Shown: positions 48,497 to 58,640 of the stretch, one piece after another | Layout: every line of letters begins with the position of its first letter | Position numbering within the stretch: the stretch's first letter is position 1 | Source of the DNA: Planctomycetota bacterium | Lineage (GTDB): Bacteria > Planctomycetota > UBA8108 > UBA1146 | Reading direction: 5' to 3' | Length of the DNA stretch: 64,000 bases | NCBI GenBank assembly: GCA_032128395.1 | Contig: JAQBGV010000096.1 | Span: 8,376 to 72,375, forward strand | Notes under the pieces: generated by a model | The model's input: only the letters and a program-made list of their open reading frames with translations | What the model was told of the DNA's origin: nothing | Database searches by the model: none | Program-made: the position numbers and the translations under genes

Positions 48497-49594
48497 CTAC
48501 GTAGCCGGAATCTGAATCTCGGCCCCGACCCTCAATCGAGCCGGATCGAGGCCTGGGTTGGCGACTTGGATCTCGGTCCACCGCAGACCACTTCCGAGGC
48601 GTTCCTCGGCGATGTCATAGAGGGTGTCCCCGTCTTGGATCTTGTACGCGCGGAAGCCGGTCTTCGGCGTCGCGCTCACGGCCGCCGTCCCCTGCTTCGC
48701 AGCCGCGGAGACCGGCGGGGCCGGGAGCGTGATCTTCTGCCCGATCTGTAGTTCATGTCCTTCGCCGAGCTTGGGGTTGCCCGCGAGGATCACGGTGAAG
48801 AGATGGCCCTTCCCGTATTCCTGCTCCGCGATCTTCCAGAGATTCTCGCCGTCCTTCACCTCGTGTTCCCTAGGGAACCCGGAGGACCCCGGACGGGACG
48901 CCGATTCGCGTTTTGTCCCGGCGGGGGTGCTGGGAGGCAGAGTTCGCGTCCGGTTCTCCGATGACGGGTCGGTAGTGGGCTCGTTCGGATCGTGACCGAC
49001 GATCTCAACCCCTCGCTCGCCGCCTGTGGCACTGTTGGCCGGATTACCTTCGCCACCCACCGCAGGACGAATACCGGTGCGATTTGGCTCGGTACCGACA
49101 GCAGGCGAACTCAGGCCGGCTCCGGTCGGGCTCGCTCGCAGGCCGGTCGGATCGGTCGAGACGGGCAGAGAGGTGGGCTTCCGAGACTCGGGGCCAAGCT
49201 CACCCGCCGCCGGATCGGTTCCCGGCGCCGAGGCGGTCCCGGAGTTCCCCGCGGCGGGTCTCTTCGTCTCCGTCGGATCGGATCCCAGCTCCGGCGATCC
49301 GCCGTTCAGAGGGCGAGCGCCCGAGTCGCGATTGCTCGCGGGGGGGTTCTGGGTGAGGCGGCGGTTGCGACCTTCCTCGTACCCCGGGCTCCCCGGACGT
49401 GCCCGGTTGCCGAGAGCGCTCGCCGGACGGTTCGGGGATGCCCCTGAACCGGGCTCTTCGGCCCGTTTCTCGATTCTCGGAGCCTGATCCACGCCGGTGG
49501 GCCCCTTCTCGACCTCGCTGTCGAGCAGGTTCGCGATCACCACGACGACCAGAACGAGGACCAGGACCAGACCGATCTTGGTTCCGTTACCCAT
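48497..49594 (-). CDS. membrane-anchored protein with disordered Pro/Gly/Ser-rich linker and two C-terminal LysM domains
   Basis: N-terminal TM (IGLVLVLVLVVVVIANLL); two LysM motifs (DGENLWKIAEQEYG..., DGDTLYDIAEERLG...). Confidence 0.7.
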   Translation of the reverse strand: MGNGTKIGLVLVLVLVVVVIANLLDSEVEKGPTGVDQAPRIEKRAEEPGSGASPNRPASALGNRARPGSPGYEEGRNRRLTQNPPASNRDSGARPLNGGSPELGSDPTETKRPAAGNSGTASAPGTDPAAGELGPESRKPTSLPVSTDPTGLRASPTGAGLSSPAVGTEPNRTGIRPAVGGEGNPANSATGGERGVEIVGHDPNEPTTDPSSENRTRTLPPSTPAGTKRESASRPGSSGFPREHEVKDGENLWKIAEQEYGKGHLFTVILAGNPKLGEGHELQIGQKITLPAPPVSAAAKQGTAAVSATPKTGFRAYKIQDGDTLYDIAEERLGSGLRWTEIQVANPGLDPARLRVGAEIQIPAT

Positions 49595-49779
49595 GTCGAC
49601 TCACTCCTCCCGTTTCCCCCCACGAGACTCTGGGAGAGGCGTCCGCTCGATCGCGCCAGCCACGGCGCTCATCGAGTCGCGTTCCCCCGCTCCCCCGCGG
49701 CGATGGAGTGCCGACGAGATTACCCGGAATGCCGGACTTTCCCCAGCCGATTCCGCTCCGGAATCCCTCCCGATGGAGC

Positions 49780-49814
49780 ACGGGCCCGGAGGGGTTTCCG
49801 CCCCCCGGGCCCGT
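49780..49814 (-). terminator. terminator-like hairpin downstream of secDF
   Basis: acgggcccgg-(15 nt)-ccgggcccgt: perfect 10-bp GC stem ~35 nt after secF stop. Confidence 0.45.
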
Positions 49815-49849
49815 GCGATCGGCAGAGCCGGCAGCCCTCGTCCCTGACG

Positions 49850-52605
49850 TCACTTGGCGGCAGCGACCGCAAAGAGCTCTTCCCGACGCACCACCGAGCG
49901 ACGGTGCAAGTAGACCAAGGTCGGACAGGCGATGAAGATCGAAGAGTAGGTCCCGACGATCACCCCGATGGTGAGCGCGAAACTGAAGGCGGCCAGCCCC
50001 TCCCCGCCGAGGAGGAGGAGGATCAATGTCACGGTGAAGGTGGTCGCCGAGGTGAGGATCGTCCGGCCGAGGGTCTGATTGATCGAACGGTTCACGATCT
50101 CGAGGTAGTCGACGTCTCTTTTCTTCCCTTCGAGGTTCTCGCGGATCCGGTCGAAGATCACGATCGTGTCGTTCAGCGAGTACCCGACGATGGTGAGGAG
50201 CGCGGCGATCACCGGCAGGTTCAATTTGAGGCTGATGAAACTGCCGAGGAGCGCATCCGCGATCGCGAGCGCACCGAGGGAGAACAAGATGTCGTGCACC
50301 AACGCGACGATCGCGGCGACCCCGAAGTAGAACCGGAAGCGCAACGATATGTAGAAGATGATCGCGAAGAACGCGATCATCATCGACACGAACACCTTGC
50401 CCTGCATATCTTGAGCGACCCGGCCGCTGATACTGTCCACTTCAGGGAATGGCGTGGAGAGGGTCAGCTGACCACTGAGCTTCCCTTGGATCGTGGTGTT
50501 CAGCAGGCTCTCGAGTCCGAAGACCGACTCCCCCGCCTTGGGCTCCGCGACGACCACGAAGCTGATGATTTCGGCGTTCTCGGGAATCGACGCCCGGTCC
50601 CGAATCTCCTTCACAGGAAAACCTGCGGACAAGAGCGCGGCCTCGACCTGGCTCGTGGCGAGGGCCTTCTGTGGGTCGAAGAATTGCACCTTCGCGCGGA
50701 ACGACGGAGGGCTCTCCGTCACGACGACATCGGTGATCCCTTCCGGCGCGAGGAGCCCCTCGGCGGCGAGAACTTCCTCGACGCTGCTCCGGAACAGATC
50801 GGTACCGGACTTCTTCTCGGTCGTGGGCTTCTCGGTGGTGTCCTCGCCCGACGACTTCTCGGCCTTCGTCATTTTCCGGGTGCGGATCGAGAAGGTGGTG
50901 GAGAGGCGCTCCTGGCCGACCTCCTCGAAGTTCCCCATGCTCTGCACCTGGACGTCTTGGAAGATCTTCGCCCCGGTTTCGTCGGTGATCCCCGCGATGA
51001 GCTCCTTGATCCGCGTCTCGGTCGCGGGCTTCTGGAGGCTCGTGATGAGCCGCGTCCCTCCGGTGAAGTCGATTCCGAGACTCTCGGTTCCACGGACCGC
51101 GAGGAAGACGACCCCGAAACTGACGAGGATCGCCGACAGTGTAGCGAACGCCCGCCGCTTCGACATGAAGTCGTAGCTCGTCTTGTTGAAGAGCGACATC
51201 ATGCGGAGTTCCTTCACCCACCCCGCGCGGATCAGTACGGTCAGGAAGAGACGCGAGACGTAGATCGAAGTGAAGAAGCTCGCGATGATGCCGATCGATA
51301 GCACCACTGCGAAGCCCTTCACCGCACCGGATCCGAATTTGAACAGGATGTACGCGGTGATCAGCGTGGTGAGGTTGGCGTCGAAGATCGTCGAGAACGC
51401 GCGCTGGTAGCCCGCCTGGACCGCCTGAGCGAGCCCCCTTCCCCTCTCCTTCTCTTCCCGAATTCGGGCGAAGATCAGGATGTTCGCGTCGACGCCATGC
51501 CGACGGTGAGCAGCAGTCCGGCCATCCCGGGAAAGGTCAGCGTGTTCCGAAAGATCTGGATCGCGGCGAGCACGAAGATCAAGTTCAGGAGGAGGGCGAT
51601 GGTGGCGACGATCCCTCCTACCATGTAGTAGCTGAGCATGAAGATCACGACGACGGTGAAGCCGATCAGCATCGCCTGCGTGCCCCGCTCGATCGAGTCG
51701 CGGCCGAGCAGCGCGCCGATGGTCTTCTCGCTATCGAGCCGGGGCTTCGCCGGAAGGCTTCCCGCCCGCAGGAGAGTGACGATGTCGTTCACTTCGTCCT
51801 GGGTGAAACTGCCGGTGATCCGTCCCTTGCCGTTGATCCGCTCCTCGATGTTCGCCTGCTGGATCATCGTCCCGTCGAGCACGATGCAGAGGCGCTGACC
51901 GACGTTGTTGCCGGTCATGTCACCGAAGATCGCCGCGCCCATGCCGCCGATATCGAACGCGATCGCCGGGGCTCCGTATTCGTCCATCGTCCCGGATGCG
52001 CTATTGAGGTACTCCCCGCCGACGCTCGATTGCTCACCCCATTCGACGGCGACCCGGGCGGCAGAATCGACCACCTGAGACGGATCGTCCGACCTCTTCG
52101 GGATCACGACCCGGCGATCCGGCAACGCAGGAGCATCTGCCCGATCCTTGTTGTTGTAGGCCGTGAGCTCCAGTTCATAGTCACGCCACGCCTGCTCGAT
52201 CTCGTCGAGCGCGGTCGCGTTCTGGTAGTTCTCGGCGGATCGCAGGTGGAAGGAGAGTTCCCCCGATCTTTCGATCTGCTGCTTCATCCGCTGCAGCTCG
52301 GTGTTGTCGGATCCGGGGAGCTGGATGATCAAGCGGTCGTTCCCGGAGGTCGCGACGCTGATCTCCTTCAATCCGAACGCGTCGAAGCGGTTCCCGATCA
52401 CCGCCTTCATGTCATCGATGATCGTCATTCGGGAGTCGGGGCGGATCTTGTCGAGATCGATCTCGTAGACGAGCTCGGTCCCTCCCAGCAGATCGATCCC
52501 CTTCTTGATCCCGGTCTCCGGATCCTGGAAGTCCCTCAACGAATAGAGAGAACCGGCGACCAGGACTGCGACGAGAGCAAAGCCTCGTCCTGTGTGCTTC
52601 AGCAT
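49850..52605 (-). CDS. secDF: fused protein translocase subunit SecDF, interrupted by a single-nucleotide frameshift near 51487-51495
   Basis: ORF 51475..52605 = SecD N-terminus through ...[18 protein letters not shown] then stop; the other frame continues [14 protein letters not shown]... (SecD conserved) straight into SecF ([18 protein letters not shown]...) without a stop. One missing base restores [11 protein letters not shown]. Confidence 0.8.
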
Positions 52606-52612
52606 CGAATCG

Positions 52613-52993
52613 TTACCTCGAGTTCACGGCGGATGCCGCGGGGGTCTGCTTTTCCTCGTCACGATCGATGACTGTTGCGATCGATGACCGCAGCACCCGC
52701 AACCGGACGTTCTGATTCTCATCCACTTTCAGGATCACCTGATCCTTGTCGACGGAAACCACCTTGCCGAAGATCCCGCCGCTGGTCCGCACCGAGTCGT
52801 TCTTTTTCAGTCCTTGAAGCATCTGCTCGATTTCCCGCTGCTGCTTGCGCTGCGGCCGGATGAGCAGGAAGTAGAAGACCACGGCCAGCCCGGCGAAGAG
52901 CGGGAGCATCCCCTTCAGACTCTCCATCGGGTCGGGCGCACCCCCGGCTGGAATTTCCCCCTCCGCGAGGATTCCGATGAGCAACTCGAGCAA
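52613..52993 (-). CDS. yajC: preprotein translocase subunit YajC
   Basis: TM helix then LIRPQRKQQRE...GGIFGKVVSVD, typical YajC; alternative start at 52927. Confidence 0.8.
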   Translation of the reverse strand: MLELLIGILAEGEIPAGGAPDPMESLKGMLPLFAGLAVVFYFLLIRPQRKQQREIEQMLQGLKKNDSVRTSGGIFGKVVSVDKDQVILKVDENQNVRLRVLRSSIATVIDRDEEKQTPAASAVNSR

Positions 52994-53205
52994 GTGTTCC
53001 CCGACCTTCGCGTTAACCTGGTGGCAATCGGTGGCTTATCGCTGCGGAGTATCCCTATCCCGGTAAAGCCCCGGGATCATAGAGGACCGCCCGCAGGCGT
53101 TCAACCGGAGCGGAGGGAGCGAAGCGCGGGTTCTTCCTGCCTCAGCGCGATTCGGGGTGGGAACAGCTCTGGAGCGGGGCCGGGATCGGGGAGCGAGGAC
53201 GCTTC

Positions 53206-54339
53206 TCAGCGGTACATCGCCTCGATGGGAGCCCTATCGGCGCGGAATCGCCCCCATTCCCCCTCCGCGATCGCCTGCCGGGCGCGTTCGAGGAAGCGGT
53301 GGAAGACCCGGAGGTTGTGAATCGTCCCGAGGGTGGTGCCGAGCATCTCTTTTCGCCGGTAGAGGTGGTGGAGAAAACCGCGGGAGAATCCCGTACAGGC
53401 GAGGCAATCGCACCCTTCCTCGATCGGGGAGGGGTCCGAAGCGTGGGCCCGATTGCGGATCCGCAGCGGCCCCCCCGTCAGCCGGAAGAGGGATCCTCCG
53501 CGGGCATTCCGGGTCGGGACCACGCAATCGAAAATGTCGATTCCACACTCGACGGCGACCCGGAACTCCTCGAACCCACCCACCCCCATCAGGTAGCGCG
53601 GCCGGTCGACCGGGAGCCCCTCCGCCCCCCAGGGGATCGTTCGGAGCATCGTCTCGCGAGCCTCGCCGACGCTCACCCCACCCACCGCGTACCCATCGAA
53701 GGGGAGCTCTCGGAGTCGCTCGACCGCCTCCCGCCGCAGCGCCTCGAAGGTCCCCCCTTGGACGATGCCGAAGACTGCCATCGGTCGCGCCGGCTCGATG
53801 CGGGCCCGATGTTCGACGCTCCGGATCGCCCATGACATCGTGCGTTCGAGGGCGACTCGGGCCTCTGACTCGTCGCCGGTCGGCGCGGCGCAGTGGTCGA
53901 GCACCATCGCGATGTCAGGGTTCAGCGCCGCCTCGATGTCGAGAACACGTTCCGGAGTGAGCCGGATCTGGGCGCCGTCGACATGCGAACGGAAAGTGAC
54001 TCCGTCATCATCGATGTCCCGCAATTCCGCGAGGGAGAAGACCTGGAACCCGCCAGAGTCGGTGAGGATCGGACGATTCCAACCCATGAAGGAGTGGAGC
54101 CCTCCGAGGGCGTGCACCGTCTCGGGGCCGGGGCGCACGGCGAGGTGGTAGGCGTTCGCGAGGACGATCTGCGCGCCGCACGCGATCAGTTGATCGGGAG
54201 TGAGACCCTTCACCGTCCCCCGCGTGCCCACCGGGAGGAACGCAGGAGTCTCGACCGTTCCGTGGGGAGTCGTGAGCCGACCACGACGCGGTCCCGCGGG
54301 ATCTGCACCGACCACCTCGAACGCGAACCCGCTCGTCAT
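53206..54339 (-). CDS. tgt: queuine tRNA-ribosyltransferase
   Basis: 377 aa; LTDSGGFQ, GIVQGG, zinc site CDCLAC...H; only the 3' 1134 nt of ORF 53206..55638 is genuine. Confidence 0.9.
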   Translation of the reverse strand: MTSGFAFEVVGADPAGPRRGRLTTPHGTVETPAFLPVGTRGTVKGLTPDQLIACGAQIVLANAYHLAVRPGPETVHALGGLHSFMGWNRPILTDSGGFQVFSLAELRDIDDDGVTFRSHVDGAQIRLTPERVLDIEAALNPDIAMVLDHCAAPTGDESEARVALERTMSWAIRSVEHRARIEPARPMAVFGIVQGGTFEALRREAVERLRELPFDGYAVGGVSVGEARETMLRTIPWGAEGLPVDRPRYLMGVGGFEEFRVAVECGIDIFDCVVPTRNARGGSLFRLTGGPLRIRNRAHASDPSPIEEGCDCLACTGFSRGFLHHLYRRKEMLGTTLGTIHNLRVFHRFLERARQAIAEGEWGRFRADRAPIEAMYR

Positions 54340-54380
54340 CGGGGCCACCGCGCGGATCGGGTTCAAGGCCCCCGCGTCGG

Positions 54381-55601
54381 CTAGGGCCACAGCGTCGAGA
54401 TCTCCGAGCCGGGGTAGTACCTCGCGAGGATCGATCGATATCGGGCCTGCTGCTCCGCGTAGCCCTTGGCGCCGACCTGGCAGAGCCCGACCCCGTGTCC
54501 CCACCCCCGGCCGAAGAACGCGAACTCGTCCCCCTTGCGCTCGGCGAAGAACGAAGTCGAACGGAGGGTGATCCCCGCCGTGCTGCAGGCCCGGCGGAAC
54601 CGGTCCGCGTCGACCTCGAAGCTGCCGCGCTCGTGGACGACCCGAACGAACGCGCAGTGTCCCCCCGGGGACGGATCGACCGGCTCGAGGGCGAGGAGCT
54701 CGCCGAGGACGATGCGATGGCGTCGACAGATCGATCCGAGTGCTTCTCGGAGCTTCGCCTCCGCGAGTCGCGCGTCCCACCTGAAGTACTTGCTCGAGGA
54801 ACATCCGCCGCACGAGACCGATGAGAGCGGGGCGATCGGGTCGCCGCCGAACCAGTCCTCGACCCCGCGCGTCGCTCCGCCGCAGGTCGAGTGATAGAAG
54901 CTCTCGAAGACCTTGCCCTCGTAGAGAAGCACCTGGCCGTGGGTCTGGTCGACCGCCTCGACCACCCGAGGATGAGGCGCGCCCCCGCCGAGGTAGACCT
55001 GCGAGCGATCGTCCGAGTGGACGTGGATTCGAGTGTCGGATGGGCGGGTCAGGATGTGGAAGAGCGCGTACGTGCGGGCGGCGACCGCCTGGGCCCCGAG
55101 CGCGTGCCGAGGATAGGAGTCGGCGGGCATCTCCCCCGGAACGACCCCGAGCAGATACCGCTCGAGCGGAAGTCGATTCACCAGTCTCCAGGGGCTCCCT
55201 TCCTCGGGGACGAGGACCTCGAGCCACCCTTCGTAGAATCCATCCCCGACCCGGGTCGAATGGACCTCCGCGCGGAACCGGAACGGGATCGCCAGTCCGA
55301 AGTCGAGTCCTCCGATGGTCGCGCCCCTCTCCGAGAGCTCGAGACGGTGGGTCCCTCCCGGGAGCTCTTTCCGCCCCCCCGGCCACTCGATGCGGAGCCC
55401 TCCTTGGCCGACCACGATCTCGCGCAGCAGCTCGGAACCCGATGCGATCTGCACTCCGATGATCGGACCGTCGTTCGCGTCGAGGGGTTGCAGTGCGCCG
55501 AGCACCGCGATGAGCGTGATCGCCCCCCTGAATCGGGTCGAGATCCGGCGGATCGACATCGGGCGGATCGAGATTCCGCGGACGCTCCGACTCATCCGCA
55601 C
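54381..55601 (-). CDS. SpoIID/LytB domain-containing protein
   Basis: GRGWGHGVGLCQVGA and YHSTCGG motifs of the SpoIID/LytB domain; signal/TM at N-terminus; start uncertain. Confidence 0.72.
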   Translation of the reverse strand: MRMSRSVRGISIRPMSIRRISTRFRGAITLIAVLGALQPLDANDGPIIGVQIASGSELLREIVVGQGGLRIEWPGGRKELPGGTHRLELSERGATIGGLDFGLAIPFRFRAEVHSTRVGDGFYEGWLEVLVPEEGSPWRLVNRLPLERYLLGVVPGEMPADSYPRHALGAQAVAARTYALFHILTRPSDTRIHVHSDDRSQVYLGGGAPHPRVVEAVDQTHGQVLLYEGKVFESFYHSTCGGATRGVEDWFGGDPIAPLSSVSCGGCSSSKYFRWDARLAEAKLREALGSICRRHRIVLGELLALEPVDPSPGGHCAFVRVVHERGSFEVDADRFRRACSTAGITLRSTSFFAERKGDEFAFFGRGWGHGVGLCQVGAKGYAEQQARYRSILARYYPGSEISTLWP

Positions 55602-56707
55602 GCTCCTTCTCCGAAGAGATCCGGGGTTTCGGCAGCATTTCCCGCTCGAGAAATGGGGCTTGCCGGCGCTGCGTTGGTCGGCGCTGCGTTGGTCGGCGCT
55701 GGGATCTCGAGACCGGGGATCTCCTCCGCCCGCGGACCGAGGACTCGACCCCTCGGGGTCTTCGCGAGGTACCCCTGGCGGATCAAGTACGGCTCGTAGA
55801 CGTCCTCGATCGTCCGCTCTTCTTCGCCGACGGTGACGGAGATCGTCTTGACCCCTACCGGCTCCCCGCGCGATCGGCTGATCACTTCGAGGATCCGGCG
55901 GTCGAGCGCGTCGAGGCCGAGGGAGTCGACTCCGAGTCGACTGAGCGCGGACTCCGCCGCGGCACCATCGATCTTCGGTGAACCACCGACCTCGGCAAAG
56001 TCTCTCACGCGGCGGAGAAAACGGTTGGCAATCCGGGGAGTCCCGCGGCTGCGGCAGGCGAGCGTGCGCGCCCCTTCCTCCGTCACCTCGACCCCGAGGA
56101 TCCCGGCACTGCGGGAGATGATCTGCAGCATCTCTTCGTCCCCGTACGGCTCGAGCTTCTCCTGGATCCCGAAGCGGGCGCGGAAGGGAGCGGTCAGGTT
56201 TCCCTCGCGAGTGGTGGCGGCGACGAGGGTGAAGCGCGGGAGGTCGATCTGGATCGATCGGGCGTTCGGCCCCTGATCGATCAGAATGTCGATGCGAAAG
56301 TCCTCCATCGCAGAATAGAGGTACTCCTCGACCACGCGACCGAGCCGATGCACTTCGTCGATGAAGAGCACATCCCCGACCTCGAGCTCGGTCAGGATCC
56401 CGACCAGGTCCTTCGCCTTCTCGAGCACCGGTCCACTCGTCGCTCGGAATCCGGTCCCCATCTCCGCCGAGACGAGATGGGCGAGCGTCGTCTTGCCGAG
56501 ACCCGGCATCCCGGAGAAGAGCAGATGGTCGAGGGGCTCGCCGCGGCGCCGCGCAGCGTCGATGTAGACGCGGAGATTCTCTGTGATTGCCGACTGGCCG
56601 ATGAACTCGTCGAGACGTCTAGGGCGGATCGAGGCCTCGCGGTCCCGCTCTTCGCCCCCGACGGCTCGGGGATCCGCGGGGCGGGCGTCGGGGGCGGTCT
56701 GGGTCAA
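55592..56707 (-). CDS. ruvB: Holliday junction branch migration DNA helicase RuvB, with repetitive C-terminal extension
   Basis: Walker A GMPGLGKTTLA, Walker B LFIDEVHRL, RuvB winged-helix C-domain; extra ~45 aa tail with APTNAAPTNAAP encoded by tandem 15-bp repeat. Confidence 0.9.
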   Translation of the reverse strand: MTQTAPDARPADPRAVGGEERDREASIRPRRLDEFIGQSAITENLRVYIDAARRRGEPLDHLLFSGMPGLGKTTLAHLVSAEMGTGFRATSGPVLEKAKDLVGILTELEVGDVLFIDEVHRLGRVVEEYLYSAMEDFRIDILIDQGPNARSIQIDLPRFTLVAATTREGNLTAPFRARFGIQEKLEPYGDEEMLQIISRSAGILGVEVTEEGARTLACRSRGTPRIANRFLRRVRDFAEVGGSPKIDGAAAESALSRLGVDSLGLDALDRRILEVISRSRGEPVGVKTISVTVGEEERTIEDVYEPYLIRQGYLAKTPRGRVLGPRAEEIPGLEIPAPTNAAPTNAAPASPISRAGNAAETPDLFGEGACG

Positions 56708-56818
56708 GGGGCGGCCTCCTGGGGGACCGGCGGGCGCGGTGTGCCGACGGAGAGAGGATAGAGGAACAGAGCCGGGATGGCACCCGAAGGGGCGCGAACC
56801 CGACCACTCCTATCCGTC

Positions 56819-57862
56819 CTACCCGAGCACGACCCACCGCTCCTCGGCGACGAACCCGTGGCACTCGTAGAGATGATCCGCCTCCGGCGCCTCCGACGGG
56901 AGCGCCAGGGCCTCGATTTCGGCCGCCCCGCGTTTCGCGACTGCGGCGAGCGCGTACTCGAGCAACAGGGTGCCGAGCCCCTCCCCCCGGCGGGACGCCT
57001 CGACCTCGAAGGAGTGGATCCCCCACCGCGTGCCACCCGCGAGGAGCGGAAAGGCGACGATCGCCGCCCGCTGAGAGTCCCCCTCGCGCAGGATCCAAGT
57101 TCGAGAAGCGTTGGCGATCGGGAATGCGGTCCCGTCGTCGGTTCCGAGGATCGGCTGCCAATCTTCAATTTCTTCGGCGACGAAGCCGCCAGGAATTTCG
57201 TGGGAGAATCGCGGCCGATCCCGGAGATCACGACACCGACTGACCCCCTCGGCATCCTCGCGGAACCCAGCCGAACGGAAGAATGCGCGGGCGCCCTCAT
57301 CCGCAGCGGGGAGCGCGATCCCCTCCGGAGTCCCCCACGGCGGAGGAAGTGGCGCGAGGAAGTTGCCGTAGAAGGGGTTGTAGCCGCGGCCGTCCGCGCA
57401 CAGCGATCCCTCGATCCCGTGATTGCGCTCGAGTGTGGTGGTCAGGTCCTCGAGAAGAGCACGACCGATGCCCTGACGGCGATGGTCGGGATCGACCGCG
57501 ATGACGAGCAATGTCCCGATCCGCGGGCGTCGACCTCCTGGGAGCAGGCGGGCGAGGAAGTCATCCTCCCAGGTCCCGCCATGGATGAGCCCGACGACTC
57601 GATCTCGCACCACGGCGAGTCGAAAGAGGCTCGGATCGAATCGAGTCGGACCGGCCCCCGAGAGCGTGTCCCGCCCCCCGGGGAGAGAGAGAACCTCGAT
57701 CCGGGTCCGCCAACTCTCGCGCGCGAGCGGAGTGAAGTTCCGCATCGTGCCGAATACCCGGTTCCAGAGCGCGATGACGGCATCGCGGTACTCCGGAGAA
57801 AATTCGACGCAGCGAGCCACCGAGCCTCCCCTCGGGGGCATCCTACCGCGAAGGGGCGCCAC
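56819..57862 (-). CDS. tandem GNAT-family N-acetyltransferase
   Basis: Two acetyl-CoA motifs (RRQGIGRALL and RRGEGLGTLLL). Confidence 0.65.
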   Translation of the reverse strand: MAPLRGRMPPRGGSVARCVEFSPEYRDAVIALWNRVFGTMRNFTPLARESWRTRIEVLSLPGGRDTLSGAGPTRFDPSLFRLAVVRDRVVGLIHGGTWEDDFLARLLPGGRRPRIGTLLVIAVDPDHRRQGIGRALLEDLTTTLERNHGIEGSLCADGRGYNPFYGNFLAPLPPPWGTPEGIALPAADEGARAFFRSAGFREDAEGVSRCRDLRDRPRFSHEIPGGFVAEEIEDWQPILGTDDGTAFPIANASRTWILREGDSQRAAIVAFPLLAGGTRWGIHSFEVEASRRGEGLGTLLLEYALAAVAKRGAAEIEALALPSEAPEADHLYECHGFVAEERWVVLG

Positions 57863-58019
57863 CTCCTCTCACGCGTTTTGGTCGCGTAGGAGTCACGAAA
57901 TACCGATAAGGGGGTTCCGGGGGCCAATTCTGGCTCGACCTCGAAGTTTCAAGCGGGCTATGATCCGCCCGCAACGGAATGGGAGCCCGCCCGGAGGGTT
58001 CCCGGGGAAAGGAGAGCAC

Positions 58020-58502
58020 ATGCGGAATAGAGGTTGGACGCGGGTACTCTGCGTCCTGATGGTCCTGGCGCTCGCACCGATGGCGATGACCGGTTGTATC
58101 GGTTCGTTCGCGGCATGGACCAAGGTCAAGGAGTTCAACGAGAGCTCCAGTGAGTCGAAGTGGGTTCAGGAGCTGCTGTTCCTGGTCCTTCACGTCATCC
58201 CGGTCTATGAGATCGCGTATGTTCTCGACATTCTGATCATCAACTCGATCGAGTTCTGGACCGGCGAGAATCCGATGATGGAGACGAGCACGATCGTTGG
58301 CGAGGACGGGTCGGTCGCGACGATCACCCCGATCGACGACCAACACCTCCTGGTCACTGTCGTGACCCCCGATGGCTCGCAGCGGGAATTCCAGCTCGAG
58401 CGCGGGGATCGTTCGATTTCGGCGCTCGACGCCGATGGGCAGCTGATGGTCCGCGCCGTGAAGAACGGTAGCGAGACCGAAGTGGTCCACAGCCCCGAGT
58501 AA
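58020..58502 (+). CDS. DUF3332-like lipoprotein
   Basis: Lipobox AMTGC; WTKVKEFNESS...IPVYEIAYVLDILIINSIEFW core; GGAAAGGAG RBS. Confidence 0.55.
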   Translation: MRNRGWTRVLCVLMVLALAPMAMTGCIGSFAAWTKVKEFNESSSESKWVQELLFLVLHVIPVYEIAYVLDILIINSIEFWTGENPMMETSTIVGEDGSVATITPIDDQHLLVTVVTPDGSQREFQLERGDRSISALDADGQLMVRAVKNGSETEVVHSPE

Positions 58503-58640
58503 GTCGACCTTGGTTGGAGGGCGGGGTGGAGTCGCCCGGCCGGTCGTGGTCCCCCGGGCGGACCATCGGCAGACCGGAAGTGCTCCTCCCCGCCCGTTTT
58601 CGTGGTCGGGTCGCCTTGGAGCATCGAGGTTTCACCGCAG

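Noticed and set aside
49850-51322. 490-aa ORF interpreted as SecF alone
   Set aside because: Its first ~40 aa ([17 protein letters not shown]...RAGWVKELR) are the conserved SecD C-terminus. The frame is also open further upstream (VDANILIF...), so it is the downstream part of a frameshifted SecDF fusion.
53206-55638. 810-aa ORF as a single protein
   Set aside because: Only the final 377 aa are Tgt; the upstream part overlaps the SpoIID-like gene in another frame and is Arg/Gly/Pro-rich.
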